From: Octopus vulgaris
Taxonomy: Eukaryota
Direction: 5' to 3'
Assembly: GCA_951406725.2 (NCBI GenBank)
Contig: OX597821.1
Span: forward strand, 10,230,001 to 10,294,000
DNA: 64,000 bases
The first letter of the stretch is position 1, and every line of letters begins with the position of its first letter. Below, one piece after another: positions 38,911 through 52,500 of the stretch. A model generated the notes under the pieces. That model had not been told where the DNA came from and searched no databases. It saw only the letters and a list, made by a program, of their open reading frames with translations. A program made the position numbers and the translations under genes.

Positions 38911-39138
38911 AAATGCCCTGATGCAGTACCAGACAGTAGCTCTCATGGCTTCTGATCTTAACTGATTGGAAGTGTTATCATGTACATTGTTTTGTCTTGG
39001 TATAAAATATGAGCTACAGCAAATATTCTTCTCAATACCAGAGATTTGCTTGTCAGTTGTTTGACCTTAACCAGTTGAGCATGTCCCTTAGTGGCTGACG
39101 ATATGTGCATCTCTGATCACGAGCAGAAGTAGTGCGGA
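38911..39138 (+). mobile_element. 5' half of the (TAA)n-associated ~554-bp retroposon
   Basis: Near-identical to 24166-24393. Confidence 0.88.
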
Positions 39139-39239
39139 ATATTACAAGCTAATATCACCTCTCTGGTTATATTTATTATCATCATTATCATCATTATCTC
39201 CGTCATCATCGTCATCATGATCTTCTATAAAATTGTCTT

Positions 39240-39365
39240 CTCCTTCTCCTCCACCTCCTTCTTCTTCTTCTTCTTCTTCTTCTTCTTCTTCTTCTTCTTC
39301 TTCTTCTTCTTCTTCTTCTTCTTCTTCTTCTTCTTCTTTTCTTCTCCCCCTCCTCCTCCTCCACC
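39240..39365. repeat. (TTC)n/(TCC)n microsatellite
   Basis: Directly visible. Confidence 0.95.
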
Positions 39366-39883
39366 TCCGCCTCATGAGATGCTATTTTTTCATTATTTTT
39401 ACTATAATCATATCCAGTCTCCTTCCTTTCAGTTATATAGTCAGTCTTTAAGGGGAAGTCTCACAAAAACCTGTAATTCTGATTTTCTAGCAGCAATTCA
39501 GCTTCGCGTTCATGCCGCTTTTTATCGTTTTAAAGCTACATACACTGCAAACAACATAGATCACTTTTTTGTCCACATAGGCAGGCTTCAGTTTATGCGC
39601 CTTTTGTGCTGGTATACTGCACTGACTTAAAAGGTAATTGATACTCCTATAGCCTTTCCTGCAGATTCTACATTTACGGAGTTTGCTTTATCTTTGACTC
39701 ACTTATAGAAATAGTGAGTCCCCCTGCAAAATTCCTCAGCATATTTTCGCTTTACCTAGTATTTCACATTATTCCTCATTGATTCCGATTGTCCTAAGAT
39801 AATCCAAGATACGTGTGCGTTGCAATCCTTAAGTTAATGAATCTATCAAACAGCTAAATTCTTATAATCATGATCATGATCAC

Positions 39884-39932
<49 letters not shown>

Positions 39933-40524
39933 TTTCATTATCACCATCTCAATCACAAACACTTTTATCTCTCATCATCACCATCCTCATTATCATTATC
40001 ATTATTTTTAGACTTGTGATTTCTGCCACCTATTTATATCTCATATTCAATTTTAAAACACCGCTTATATTTCAAATTTTGAATTCATGCTGTGATTGAA
40101 CAGCAATCATATGACAATCTCCCAATGTGTTATCCTTTGCGTTTGAAATCTTTCAAATATACTTTTTCATGTATTTATATATTTCAGCCCATCTCCATTT
40201 AATTCATTTCCTGTTATTTAACTATTTATGTATTCACCATATTTGTTTCTCTACAATGGTTCTATTAGCTTGTCATCTATTACCGCTCAATAGATATAGA
40301 ATCCAACATATTCAATTCCGTTTATTTTACATGTTTAGGGGATTATTTTATTGAATAGGCAATTAGGAATGGAACCCTAACAGAGTTTTGTAAATGTAAA
40401 AACACTGGCTATTTCAGAATTTTGTGAATGTAATTAGCAATTAAATACCACCTATATGCCAGTGAATTAATGCATTTGTTTCCTGTCATTTTTTCTTTTT
40501 GAGTAAAGAAGCAATGAAATATAT

Positions 40525-40907
40525 TGGAAGCACTCCGTCGGTTACGACGACGAGGGTTCCGGTTGATCCGAATCAACGGAACAGCCTGCTCGTGAAATTA
40601 ACGTGTAAGTGGCTGAGCACTCCACAGACACGTGTACCCTTAACGTAGTTCTCGGGGATATTCAGCGTGACACAGAGAGTGACAAGGCCGGCCCTTTGAA
40701 ATACAGGTACAACAGAAACAGGAAGTAAGAGTGAGAGAAAGTTGTGGTGAAAGAGTACAGCAGGGATCACCACCATCCCTTGCCGGAGCCTCGTGGAGCT
40801 TTAGGTGTTTTCGCTCAATAAACACTCACAACGCCCGGTCTGGGAATCGAAACCGCGATCCTACGACCGCGAGTCCGCTGCCCTAACCACTGGGCCATTG
40901 CGCCTCC
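40525..40907 (-). mobile_element. SINE family C, tail type 2
   Basis: Head matches 28383-28565; 3' part differs and ends CCCTCGTCGTCGTAACCGACGGAGTGCTTCCA. Confidence 0.9.
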
Positions 40908-41079
40908 ACGATAGATATATTACTCTGATGGTAATTGAAACCAAAATATCTCAAACAATAACATTGTTATTAAAAGTGAATGTTCATCACATATATCTAT
41001 GCGTATCACGATGCATCAACATGTATATTATTTTAGTCGAGCACATTGCATATCCGTCCTCTTTTTCCTGAGTAGTACG

Positions 41080-41502
41080 TCTTTTACTCTTTTACTCGTT
41101 TATTTGTTTTAGTCATTTGACTGTGGTCATGCTAGAGCACCGACTTTAGTCGAGCAAGTCGAGCCAATTATTTGTTCTTTGTAAGCCTAGTACTTATTCT
41201 ACCGGTCTCTTTTGCCGAACCGCTAAGTTACGGGGAAGTAAACACACCAGCATCGGTTGTCAAGCGATGTTGGGGGGGGGGCAAATACAGTCACACAAAT
41301 ATACACACACATACATATATATACATACATACATACATACGCCGAGCTTCTTTCAGTTTCCCTCTACCAAATCCAATAACAATACATTAGTCAGTCCGAG
41401 GCTATAGTAGAAGACACTTGCCTAAGGTGCCACGCATTGGGACTGAACCCGGAACCATGTGGTTTGTAAGCAAGCTACTTACCACACAGCCATTCCTGTG
41501 CC
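41080..41502 (-). mobile_element. SINE family B
   Basis: Reverse complement of 52083-52500. Confidence 0.9.
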
Positions 41503-41517
41503 TTTTCTAATGACTTT

Positions 41518-41707
41518 ACAAGGCTGAGTTTTCTTCTCACGCTTTCAACATTTTACACTGAAGAAGATGAATGTTTCAAAATGATCCAACGCTGTGTAAG
41601 CACACCCATCTTTCACATATATATGCATATATATGTATAAAGATAGATGATAGATAAATAAATATATATATAGGTGGATGGATGCATAACTAGATAGACA
41701 GACAGAC

Positions 41708-41806
<99 letters not shown>

Positions 41807-41807
41807 C

Positions 41808-41876
<69 letters not shown>

Positions 41877-41906
41877 TATAGATAGATAGATAAAAGTAGA
41901 ACTACA
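41518..41906 (+). mobile_element. Short (TAGA)n-containing insertion with a 15-bp flanking direct repeat
   Basis: TTTTCTAATGACTTT at 41503-41517 and 41907-41921; (TAGA)n at 41690-41892; inverted sister copy at 42606-42795. Confidence 0.75.
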
Positions 41907-42605
41907 TTTTCTAATGACTTTTCCCAGCGATATTATATGCGGATTGGGTAAGATTGACATAGTAATCCAGTAAGATTATGCCATCGCATAGCTGATTGTA
42001 AATTGTTTCCAATATATTCATATTATGGAATGTTCGTAAAACTCTAGTAAACATATGGGACTATGGATTGATACACGTGCATGCAGTGATGTCCATCAGT
42101 AATGTGGATGTATAGCATGGTCGTTGAAGGAGTAGATCTGATCTGAAAGGAGCGACACCATCAACTTACGCAGGAAAATGTTAAACAAATAATGCATGTT
42201 AATTTTAGTAAAGTCATAGCTTGATTTGAGTTTTAAAGCATCTGGCGGCGAAGTGACAAAATCGTTATTGCACCGGATTAAATCCTTAGAGGCATTCCGT
42301 CTGTAATTACGTTCAAATTTCGCCATGGTCTAATTTGATTTCCATCCACTCGGGTCGATAAACTAGCAGTTTAATAATAACACAAAACAAATGGACCTTG
42401 TGCCAAAACTTGAAACCTATATAATTTAAAACGCATATTTTTGAGCGTGCATATTTTCGGCAAACTGTAAATGAAAGAAGGAAGTTTTTTTAACTGCCTT
42501 TAATTATCCTTTTACATTCAGTTTTAAATGATGTGAAGCGAAATACCTCTATGTACATTAATATATTAGCTTACGTGTTTATTTGTTTGGGAGCTTTTTT
42601 ACCCC

Positions 42606-42795
42606 AGTTCTACTTTTATCTATCTATGTGTATGTCTGTCTGTCTATCTATGCATACATCAACCTATATATATATATATATATGCATATATATGGGAAAG
42701 ACGGGTGTATTTATACAGCGTTGGGTTTATTTTGAGACAACCATCTTCTTCAGTGTAAAATATTGAAAGCGTGAGAAGTTAAATCAGCCTTGTAA
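42606..42795 (-). mobile_element. Second, inverted copy of the 41518-41906 element (short microsatellite)
   Basis: Reverse complement reads TTACAAGGCTGA..CTTCTCACGCTTTCAA..TTTTACACTGAAGAAGATG..GATAGATAAAAGTAGAACT. Confidence 0.8.
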
Positions 42796-43140
42796 TGAAG
42801 TATTGCTCAAGAGAAAGATATTATTTTACTTTGCACAATTTTGGATTTTCGTGACTCGGGAGTTTAAATCTCCGTATTAATTTATGAATGATATTGTCGC
42901 GCGTGTGTATGTGTGTGCGTGTATATGTGCGTGCCTGTTTATGCATGTGTGTGCGCTTGCCTGTTTGAAGTTTGTCAATAATCATTATTTTAAGGTAGCT
43001 ACTGGAGAGGGCTAATTAGTCCTGCGGCTCGAAACTAAAACAGCAATAATAAAAACAGCAAAAAAAAAAAGAAAATTTATCACTACCCTATCAATATGGC
43101 ATTAATTTACATTTAGTTTAAATGAAAATCACAAATTTTT

Positions 43141-43208
43141 GAAGTTCACTTAAAACTTCCAAATTTCACTTAAAACTTCCAAAGTTCACTTAAAACTTCC
43201 AAATTTCA
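43141..43208. repeat. 20-bp minisatellite, ~3.4 copies (AAAKTTCACTTAAAACTTCC)
   Basis: Directly visible. Confidence 0.9.
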
Positions 43209-43759
43209 GCACATAACAAACACTTTTGTAGAACTGATCCCTATGCTGGATATTCAAGAACCAAATAAAGGGCAGATTTTCAATCCTGGGTTCCTCCTGA
43301 TTCCAAAAAGACACTCCATGTCTAAACCATAGGCGGATAAACAGAAAGAATTTCGTTGTTATTATTATAGATATTTCATATATCCTTCATCAAAGATGCA
43401 TAAAGAAAAAAAACAATAATATAACAACAAACCGAACACAGAAACAGGAAAGAAATCATGTGATGATAAGATGTTATATCTGTAAATATACTAGTAGTTC
43501 ACTTACGCAAAATGTTAGAGTGCACTATCGTAGACTGAACCACTTTAATAATTTAAAACAATGGAAGATGACATGTCGTTAGTTTGAAATCAGTATAATA
43601 ATGGTCGCATCTAAATATCACAAATTATCTGATTGATGTTCTATAGATCCCGAATTTCTGTTCTTTCAATAATAAAACAAATAATAAGTGTAAAATGATT
43701 ACCGATATTTGTGTTTCGCGATTATGGTTTTGTGTAAAGCTCTGAGCACGGACAATAGT

Positions 43760-44400
43760 TAATACGCCAGTCGAAATGCTTGATAGTATTTCGTCCGTCA
43801 TTACTTTCAGAATTCACATTTCGCCCGATGAAATAAGTAACGTTTAAATTACTGGGATCGATGTTATCAACAAGCATCCATCTCCACAAAGTTTCACGCC
43901 TTGTGCCTATGCTATATCGACATTGTAGGCATTTATACCTCTTCTTACGTTGGTGATTACAGAATTTCAAGTTAAATTTATCATAGACGGATATTGGTTT
44001 GTTGATTCCACTGTTGCCCTTTGAATACATATCTCGATATATTCACTTGTGATAAAAGCATCAAGTGTTCTTCTTAAATCTGCGACCTTTCGTCTCTGGT
44101 CGTTTATTATATTTTTCGAATAGGACTTGAAGTATATACTTCTTACGTTACTATTCTTTCAGACATTAAATCTTCTACATATAACAGCTAAATATTTCTT
44201 AATTTTGTCAACTATAGGCAGAATGCTAGAAGTCTTAGGGGAGTGTGATAATCGATAATTCGTCCCCAATGTTTGACTGGCACATATTTTTAAGTAGGTT
44301 GATGAAAGATGAAACCGCACTTGGCAGAATTTGAACTCAGAATATCAAGTCGGAATAAATGATGCTAATTATTTTGCACGGCTAGGAAACGATACTACCA
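43760..44400. mobile_element. Two very diverged SINE family A relics (43760-43910 +, 44225-44400 -)
   Basis: 'GAAATGCTTGATAGTATTTCGTCCGTC..' and 'GGCAGAATTTGAACTCAGAAT' resemble the family A head. Confidence 0.5.
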
Positions 44401-44999
44401 ATGTTCCTTAAATGTCCCTTAAATTATTCCCTACACCCCCTAAAAGAAGGCATTCACCAACAAGCCATTTCTAGGAACACATGAGACGGGTTTTTCATAG
44501 CACTCCTTTGATCGTATATCTACGTGACCTAGTAACCTCTAGTGCTAAAGAGCATCGTGGTTAACAGCATATTCGGAGGGCAAATTTACCTGTTTTACTA
44601 GTAGCTGTTTCTCGCACCAAAATTTCTTAAATCCGACAAACATTTCTGAATATGAAGGGCACAAATCTCTGCTATATAGTCCAAACGAAGAAATTTTTAC
44701 AACTGTGGCAGTAGACAGCTAGGGACTGGTTAATAATATATGATATAGAACTAGTTGAATCAAATTATATTATGGGCGTTGGCTTGAAATCTAAAATGAA
44801 ATAACGGGAGACATATAACAAAATATCGTATAAAAGTGTTTGTGAGAAATCAGATACATAATGATATATTGATTTGTATTCTATTATATTTTATTGCATT
44901 TAAGCCATAAATATCTGGTAAAAATTGTTTTAAGCACAATCTATGGCTCCAGGGGCATACATAAAAACGTACACACACAACAAATCTATATATAGATGC

Positions 45000-45054
<55 letters not shown>

Positions 45055-45160
45055 TATATATATATATTTAAATGTATATACATATATAAATATAAAACAT
45101 ATGTGTATATTTATACACACAAACACAAATATATATATATATAGAAATATATATATAGAA

Positions 45161-45200
<40 letters not shown>
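45000..45200. repeat. (TA)n microsatellite
   Basis: Directly visible. Confidence 0.95.
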
Positions 45201-45207
<7 letters not shown>

Positions 45208-46079
45208 TATAAATACATATTTACATACTACATATGTGTATGTATAAAGTGTTTTTTATAAACAGCAGGCCCAAATTAACGCCGGTTTGTTGAAGGGAAG
45301 CTATGTTATGTTTGCTATATATATATATCACTTGGGGACAAATAAAGCAGGCGAAATTAAGAAAAGTTTGCAGAAAAAAAATGTAGACGGCGGCGAAATG
45401 CTGAACAACGGCTATATATATTTTGACTTCCTTAATTCCAACGTAAAAAAAGAATAAAAACAGCAAAAATATATTGCTGTTCGCTTAATACACAACTGCA
45501 CACGTACACAGTCTTCCCCTCTCCGACGCCGACACGTAAGCGTAAGTAGGTACGGACGTATGGAGTGATTGTAGTTTATTTGTAGGTACTGAAGTATATC
45601 TATGTGTAAACATGTGTGCGTTTGCATGTGCATGTAACGTATATGTTTGTGTGTTTGTGTGTGTGTGCGTTAGTCTGAGTAATTATCGATATAGCAGCTT
45701 ATCAATTTGAGCTGTTTTAGGCGCAGGTACAGATTTACATACTTTAGATAACTGAGGATATATACTTGTAGCAGACCTAGGAAGCTTATATATTGAATAT
45801 ATTGTTTGCTCAATGTGCACCTACTCATATACGTACATATACACAACACCGACATATGCACATATATCTGGATAGCAGTCAGGAATATCATTTACATATT
45901 ATTATGCAACTCAGCGCATAGGGCGCTTCCTGTATTTTTTTTTCATTTTAGCACGTATTCATTCCTAGAATTCCTTTTGGGCCCAAATTTTTTGAATTTT
46001 TTTTTTCCATATGCATGGAGGTTTTCAGAATTGCCCGCTCTAAAGTATTGAGTATCAAGTTACTACTTCGCAGAACGAT

Positions 46080-46340
46080 CTCTTTAAATCATCGGTAGAG
46101 GAAAAACGACCATCTGTGTTTTCTACATGAAAGTTGTTCTTCCATTAGAAAAATACTCGGGCACATACAGTGAGGATGATATTCCTAAGGCAGGAGCATT
46201 TTGAATGGGAATCGATGCCACATCCGCCACATTCGCCGTACATTGCCCCATCTGATCATCATTTATTGCGCAGTTTCCAAAATCACTAGGACGGAAAAAA
46301 TATGAATTCTATAGACGAGGTCAGAAAGAAGTTCCTGTTC
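46080..46340 (+). mobile_element. Mariner transposase C-terminal fragment
   Basis: 'EEKRPS..FFH*KNTRAHT..FEWESMPHPPHSPYIAPSDHHLLRSFQNH*DGK' matches the mariner HDNARPH..HPPYSPDLAPSDYHLF signature. Confidence 0.85.
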
Positions 46341-46432
46341 GTCGGACAGATTAGATTGTCCGATTAACAGGTAGGTGAAACTCTGCGGGGAAGACCCTTT
46401 TATGATATATTTGTAATGCTTTGCAGGTTTAA

Positions 46433-47710
46433 TATCCTCAGTCAAGAAGCAGATCATCCTCGCAATTTCGGCTGATTAGTCTTGGGATTGCTCCAATCTG
46501 GTCAGCCCCAAGGAAAAACTAAGCTAAGAGTATTAGATTCCTTGGAAAAAGAATCGAATGTATACGAAAACAAGGAGAGAAAAACAGACAATGTTACACA
46601 AATATAAATACAAAAATACAAAAATACAACAAAAATAAAAATAATAATAATAACAGGACATAACAACAGGTGTCTTTCGACTGGGGACGACGTGAATACA
46701 GCTGGCGTGTGTGGAAATGAAGCCTACGGCAGAGATATAGGATTTTCACGAACACAGGGAAGAATATCGATGTAGCAGTGACCACAGCCAAATGCAAAAA
46801 GAGTGCTAACAGTCTAGCCTCTCTCTGACGTGACAAGAGGAGAGAGTGAAAAAGAAGAACAAAAGAATTAAGGAGGGGAGGAGAAGAGAGAGAATGAGAC
46901 AGAGAGTTGTAGAAGCAGATGGACAGAATAATTAAGGAGAAAAAAGAGACAGGGACATAGTGAAGTGAAAATTGAGCAAGAAATGCAAAGAAATGTAAGG
47001 GGGGGGAAAGAACGAAGAGTGGAATGAACGAATAAGCGTCATACAATTCATAGTTTATCTTTTATTCCCCCTCTAATTTTTCTTCCTTTATTTCCTTTTC
47101 TCCCACACTCACATTCCTTGGCCCTTTCTTTCTTTAACTCCCACCATTTTCCATTCGTTTATCTCCCCTGCACCTTACCCATTGTCTCTGATTTTTTTAA
47201 CCTCCAATCCTGCTGTACTTCACCCTTCTCTTCTTGTTCCACGTGGCCGGGGCCCGGCCAGCTATGGTCTTTCTTGACTGTCAAGACGTCTTGTGTCCAT
47301 CTCCGATGATCCTGTCTTTAAGCTTTTTCTTCATACAGGCCAGCTCAATTGGAATCGTTTTAAGTCGAAAGGGGCCTGTGTCTTATTTCTTGTTGTATTT
47401 GTAACTGTGTACCTTGATCTCCGGTCTTTCTTTGTTGTTTTTCGTCTTTGTTGCCGTACATATTCGCCAGCTTCCTTACATAGGGTGCTTATGCTCTTAG
47501 CTCAGACTATTTTGGGGAAACCAGATTGAAGCATCTCAAATGTAACTGTCCGAAATGGTCATGAGTTTTGGTACTTGACTGATGAACGGAGGCCAAGAAT
47601 GACCCTTCTATTTTTTGCATGTCCTAATTGTTGCTTCTCTTCTCCGCGCTTTGTGTCGTCTATCTGCCCTAACATTTTAGCACACTCTATTGCCTTTTTG
47701 TTCCATTTGT
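46433..47710. repeat. Diverged ~1.2-kb inverted pair of a non-coding repeat
   Basis: 46433-46730 is a loose reverse complement of 47325-47587 (CAATCTGG..CCCCAA..AGCTAAGAG..CGAAT..TACG..CTTTCGACT..AGCTGGC). Purine-rich left half, pyrimidine-rich right half. Confidence 0.65.
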
Positions 47711-47718
47711 ATATATGC

Positions 47719-47805
<87 letters not shown>

Positions 47806-47835
47806 TATATAGATATAGATAGATAGATATATAGA
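47710..47835. repeat. (TA)n microsatellite
   Basis: Directly visible. Confidence 0.95.
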
Positions 47836-48377
47836 TACATATATACATATGCATACACATATGTATATACCTATAGGTATACTCACACAAACAAACATAC
47901 ACGCACGCAAATATATATGTTATTCAATTACTCATAGATGTAGCTTTCTGCCAACTTTCTCCTAATTATGAACCAAATAACCATCCTTATCCGCATACAT
48001 TTAATGACACGTTGTTCATAACGCTTCGAAGTATTTTCTTGTCCATCAATCTCTTCGAGAGATAACATCATATCTTTTATTAAATGATGAAAGACAAACA
48101 TCTCTATAGTTCTATCCTTCTCTAACCAAATTATAGAGCCTGATATTATCAAATATTTGCTCTTATTGTGGTAATATGTAGAAATGCAGTACTTTTAATA
48201 AGGCGTTGAATACTGCTTCTTTTCTACTTTTACACACTGAGAAAGATCATATATGTAATTGCATATTCCTCTGTGATTATCCGCAATCCGTCCCGATCTC
48301 TTTAAAACCCTCTCCACTATACATGCACATATGTACGTATAGTTGTGCAACGGTATTAAGAAGCAAAGTGATAAATG

Positions 48378-48693
<316 letters not shown>

Positions 48694-48903
48694 TTATGAA
48701 CTTATGAAGCGAGGTAAAGTTTTATAACAGATTATATCAATGACAATGACAGCAGAAATTAATTGAAGTATATCATTGGCTTGGAGATTTATTTGCAAAT
48801 GGATTCAATGGCCACATATGTTTCTGATAGTAATAAATAACTATATACTATTCTTGGAGCTACGAAAACGAACTACAATTGTATTGGGGAAGTTGATATT
48901 TAA

Positions 48904-49227
<324 letters not shown>

Positions 49228-49232
<5 letters not shown>

Positions 49233-51440
49233 TAACACATAAACAGCGAAGAAAAAGAATAAGAAATAAACAACATCGTGATATCGAGGCACATGCAACG
49301 TATTACAAGACGCCCGTACTGTGTACCACGAACTCGCGTAGTGGTTGTTCATTTTTTTCTTTGTTTTTTTTCGCATTAACTATTTACCATTCGCTCACAC
49401 TGCCCTACGTCCCTCCCGTCCTTCCAACTGTTTTTTTGATTACGTAATTCGAGGAATTATTTCTGCCATCAGATTTTGTTACAGTATTCATTCGGAGTGC
49501 GCCTTTTCTGCACCTTCCTTTGATTTTGCAAACTGTATTCTGACCAATCAGTGTGTAGCAGCACTCAATTACTTATGCTGATTGGTTGGTTTAGATATCA
49601 CGCTTTGTTGAACATGTCAAGAGTCCTGTATCTTAACCCTGGCCGAAGCAGCAATTGTTGGGATATTTTTAGAAATGTTGTAAATAGCCTTTGTAAGGGA
49701 TTTTTATATTTCAATTGTCATCATCATCATTGTCAGCACCTTAATTACTGTTGCTAGTGGTGATGGTGGTGGCAATAGAACTTTTAACCCTAAATAAGAT
49801 AATTTTCCTGCTATCTTCTTCTGGATCATCTTTAGTATTGTTGTTGTTGTTAGTGTTCATGGTCGTAGCAGTAGAAGTAGTAACTATAAGTATTATTATC
49901 ATTGCTTATTCAGCTTGGGTTCGAATGTATCAATAAAATTCTATTCCTCTGATTTTCCTCTCGATTTCACTTGGGCTGTGTAATTTGTAGAATGGAAATA
50001 TTATATATATTTTCCGACCACATGTTGCTAGGTGGTTACTCAAAGGTATCTGACGGACCTCTGGGTCTCTAATCTGTTGCCGGTGTACACGTGAGCGTTC
50101 TGATAGTGCGTTTCCCGTCTGACCTACATATATTTCTTCATAATTTGGGCATTTGATGCAGTAAATTAAATTTCTGCTTTTGCAGTTCATATTCGCGTTT
50201 GTGAATATTTTCCCGGTTTTTGTGTTTATATATTGGCCGGTATGTATGAATTCGCATGTGCCACTCGCCTATTATTGCATTTAGGTACAGTGAATATTTG
50301 GTCTTTGTTGCTAAGGTCAAATTTTACGTTTGTTAATAATTTTTGAAGTTTTAGGCTGTCTTTTACTAAGAACCATAGCTCGATCCGTGATTATATCTTT
50401 TAATTCATTACTTTGAGCAATGATTGGTAGGTTTGCTTTGGCAATGTTGAAGATATTCTGGTGACATAGGTTGTGTGTCACTATGAATGGTATGACTTGT
50501 TCTTGTTTTCCTCTTCCTTGGGTTGTCCTAAGTTGTTGTATGGGTATCTTTATAGCCCGCTGTAAGCCATTTTCTATAAATAGAGATGGGTATTTTGGTT
50601 TGAGCAAAAATTCTCTTAGTTCTGTTAGGCGCTTGTTCCTGGTATTTGCATCTTCTACAATGGCACAAATTCGTCTGGCTAGGCAGTACGGGATGTTGCG
50701 TTTTGTATGTGGTGGATGGCACGACTTAAAATTCAGGTATTAATGTGTGTCTGTGTGTTTATAGTATATATCTGTGGTGATGGTGGTGTCCTTTTTAATT
50801 ACCATTATATCTAGGAATGGTAATTTGGTACTACTCATCTCCTTTGTAAATTGGAGAGATGAGTGTAGGTTATTCAGGAGGATATTGAACACTTCCACAG
50901 TATTTAGAGATTCTGTCCAGATTATGAAGCAGTCGTCAAGGTATCTCTTCCATGCCTTTTCAATATACTTTCTAAATCCAGTGCCATAGTTTACCTCCAC
51001 CTCTTGGTAGAGTTGTTGTTCTAAGTATCCCATTACAGAGTTGGCGTAAACGGGAGCAAACCTCGTTCCCATCGCCGTGCCTCAAATTTGGATGTAATTC
51101 TTTCCATTGAAGAAGAATGTGTTGTTTTCTAGAATAAGTTTGACTGTGTCTATAATATAAATGGCACTGTGAATCTGCTGGGAATCACTTCTCTATGTTT
51201 TTCTAACCAGTATTTAATCGCCTTTATTCCTAAATCGTGTGGAATATTGCAGTTGAGGCTTACCACATCAAAACTTAGTAAAACTGAATTTGTTTCTGTT
51301 GTTTTGGGAAGATGGGACAGGAAGTCGATGTCATCCCTGATGAAACTGGGTATATAAGTACATAGTGGTTTCAAAACAATGTCAATAAAATTGCTTAGAC
51401 GGTGGGTAGGGTATGCTTGACCAGCTATAATAGGTCACTA
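49228..51440 (-). mobile_element. Penelope-like element, Neptune-like (RT and GIY-YIG), frameshifted and 5'-truncated
   Basis: 'LLSFDVVSL..IPH', 'MGTRFAPVYAN..WKRYLDDCFIIW..LPFLDIMV..YYKHTDTH', Cys linker, 'NLIYCIKCPN..YVGQTGNALSERSRVH..NH'. Confidence 0.93.
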
Positions 51441-51510
51441 CAGTCAAAAATTGTGAAGCATGACTGTCACCACTACTACATGAACCTGAAGATTGGATAA
51501 TTTAATGCAT

Positions 51511-51561
<51 letters not shown>

Positions 51562-51563
<2 letters not shown>

Positions 51564-51640
51564 AGGCGCAATGATCCCTGCTGTACTCTTTCACCACTCT
51601 TTCTCCCACTCTTTCTTCTGTTGGCCTGCTCGCTTAGCTT
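51562..51640 (+). mobile_element. Internally deleted SINE family C after (TA)n (51514-51561)
   Basis: GGAGGCGCAATG joined to ATCCCTGCTGTACTCTTT..TTGGCCTGCTCGCTTAGC. Confidence 0.75.
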
Positions 51641-52082
51641 TTCTCCCCTAAGAAATGCTTTGCACTTTTCCGAAATTTGAAACCCTTATTAACCTGAAAA
51701 CTTATTGCTAAATATTATGTACTGTTTTTCATAAACAAATTATTCTTCTACGATTGTAAAATGCGTTAATCTATGTTAATCTACTGTGTTAATGTGTTAA
51801 TCTTCTATGCACTTGCATTAACTGATTGAATTAAATTGCATATCATGTATCATTTCTGCATAGAATAAGATGTGTTAAATCCAGTCTCCTTTTAGGTATC
51901 GCTTTTTGAGATTTTGTTTTTCGACACGAATGAATAATATTGTGCAAGAAAAATGTCTAAAAATAAAAATAAAACAAGGGGCACGTGCGTGACGCGGAAG
52001 AGAAAAACTACGTCATATAGCACTTGTATAGTAAATTTTAAGCGGGTTTTTTTCGAAAATAAAAATCAGCAAATAAAAATCA

Positions 52083-52244
52083 GGCGCAGGAGTGGCTGTG
52101 TGGTAAGTAGCTTGTTTACCAACCACATGGGTCCGGGTTCAGTCCCACTGCGTGGCACCTTGGGTAAGTGTCTTCTACTATAGCCTCGGCCCGACCAAAG
52201 CCTTGTGAGTGGATTTGGTAGACGGAAACTGAAAGAAGCCCGTC

Positions 52245-52302
<58 letters not shown>

Positions 52303-52500
52303 TGTGTGTGCTTGTGTCTTGACAACCAATGCTGGTGTGTTTATGTTCCCGTCACTTAGTGGTTCGGCAAAAGAGACCGATAGAATAAGTACTGGGCTTA
52401 CAAAAAGAATAAGTCCCGGGGTCGAATTTGCTCGATTAAAGGCGGTGCTCCAGCATGGCCGCAGTCAAATGACTGAAACAAGTAAAAGAGTAAAGAGAGA
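52083..52500 (+). mobile_element. SINE family B, full length with internal (TA)n
   Basis: A/B-box-like head, CORE-like GGCACCTTGGGTAAGTGTCTT, tail ending GAAACAAGTAAAAGAGTAAAG. Confidence 0.92.

Noticed and set aside
43141-43208. Regularly spaced repeats resembling CRISPR
   Set aside because: No unique spacers and no cas genes; a simple minisatellite in eukaryotic DNA.
46594-47046. 150-aa hydrophobic ORF resembling a membrane protein
   Set aside because: It arises from a pyrimidine-rich low-complexity strand within the inverted repeat.
49438-49476. HHR-like relic on minus (CUGAUGG..CUCGAAUUACGUA)
   Set aside because: Both core boxes are mutated; could be chance.
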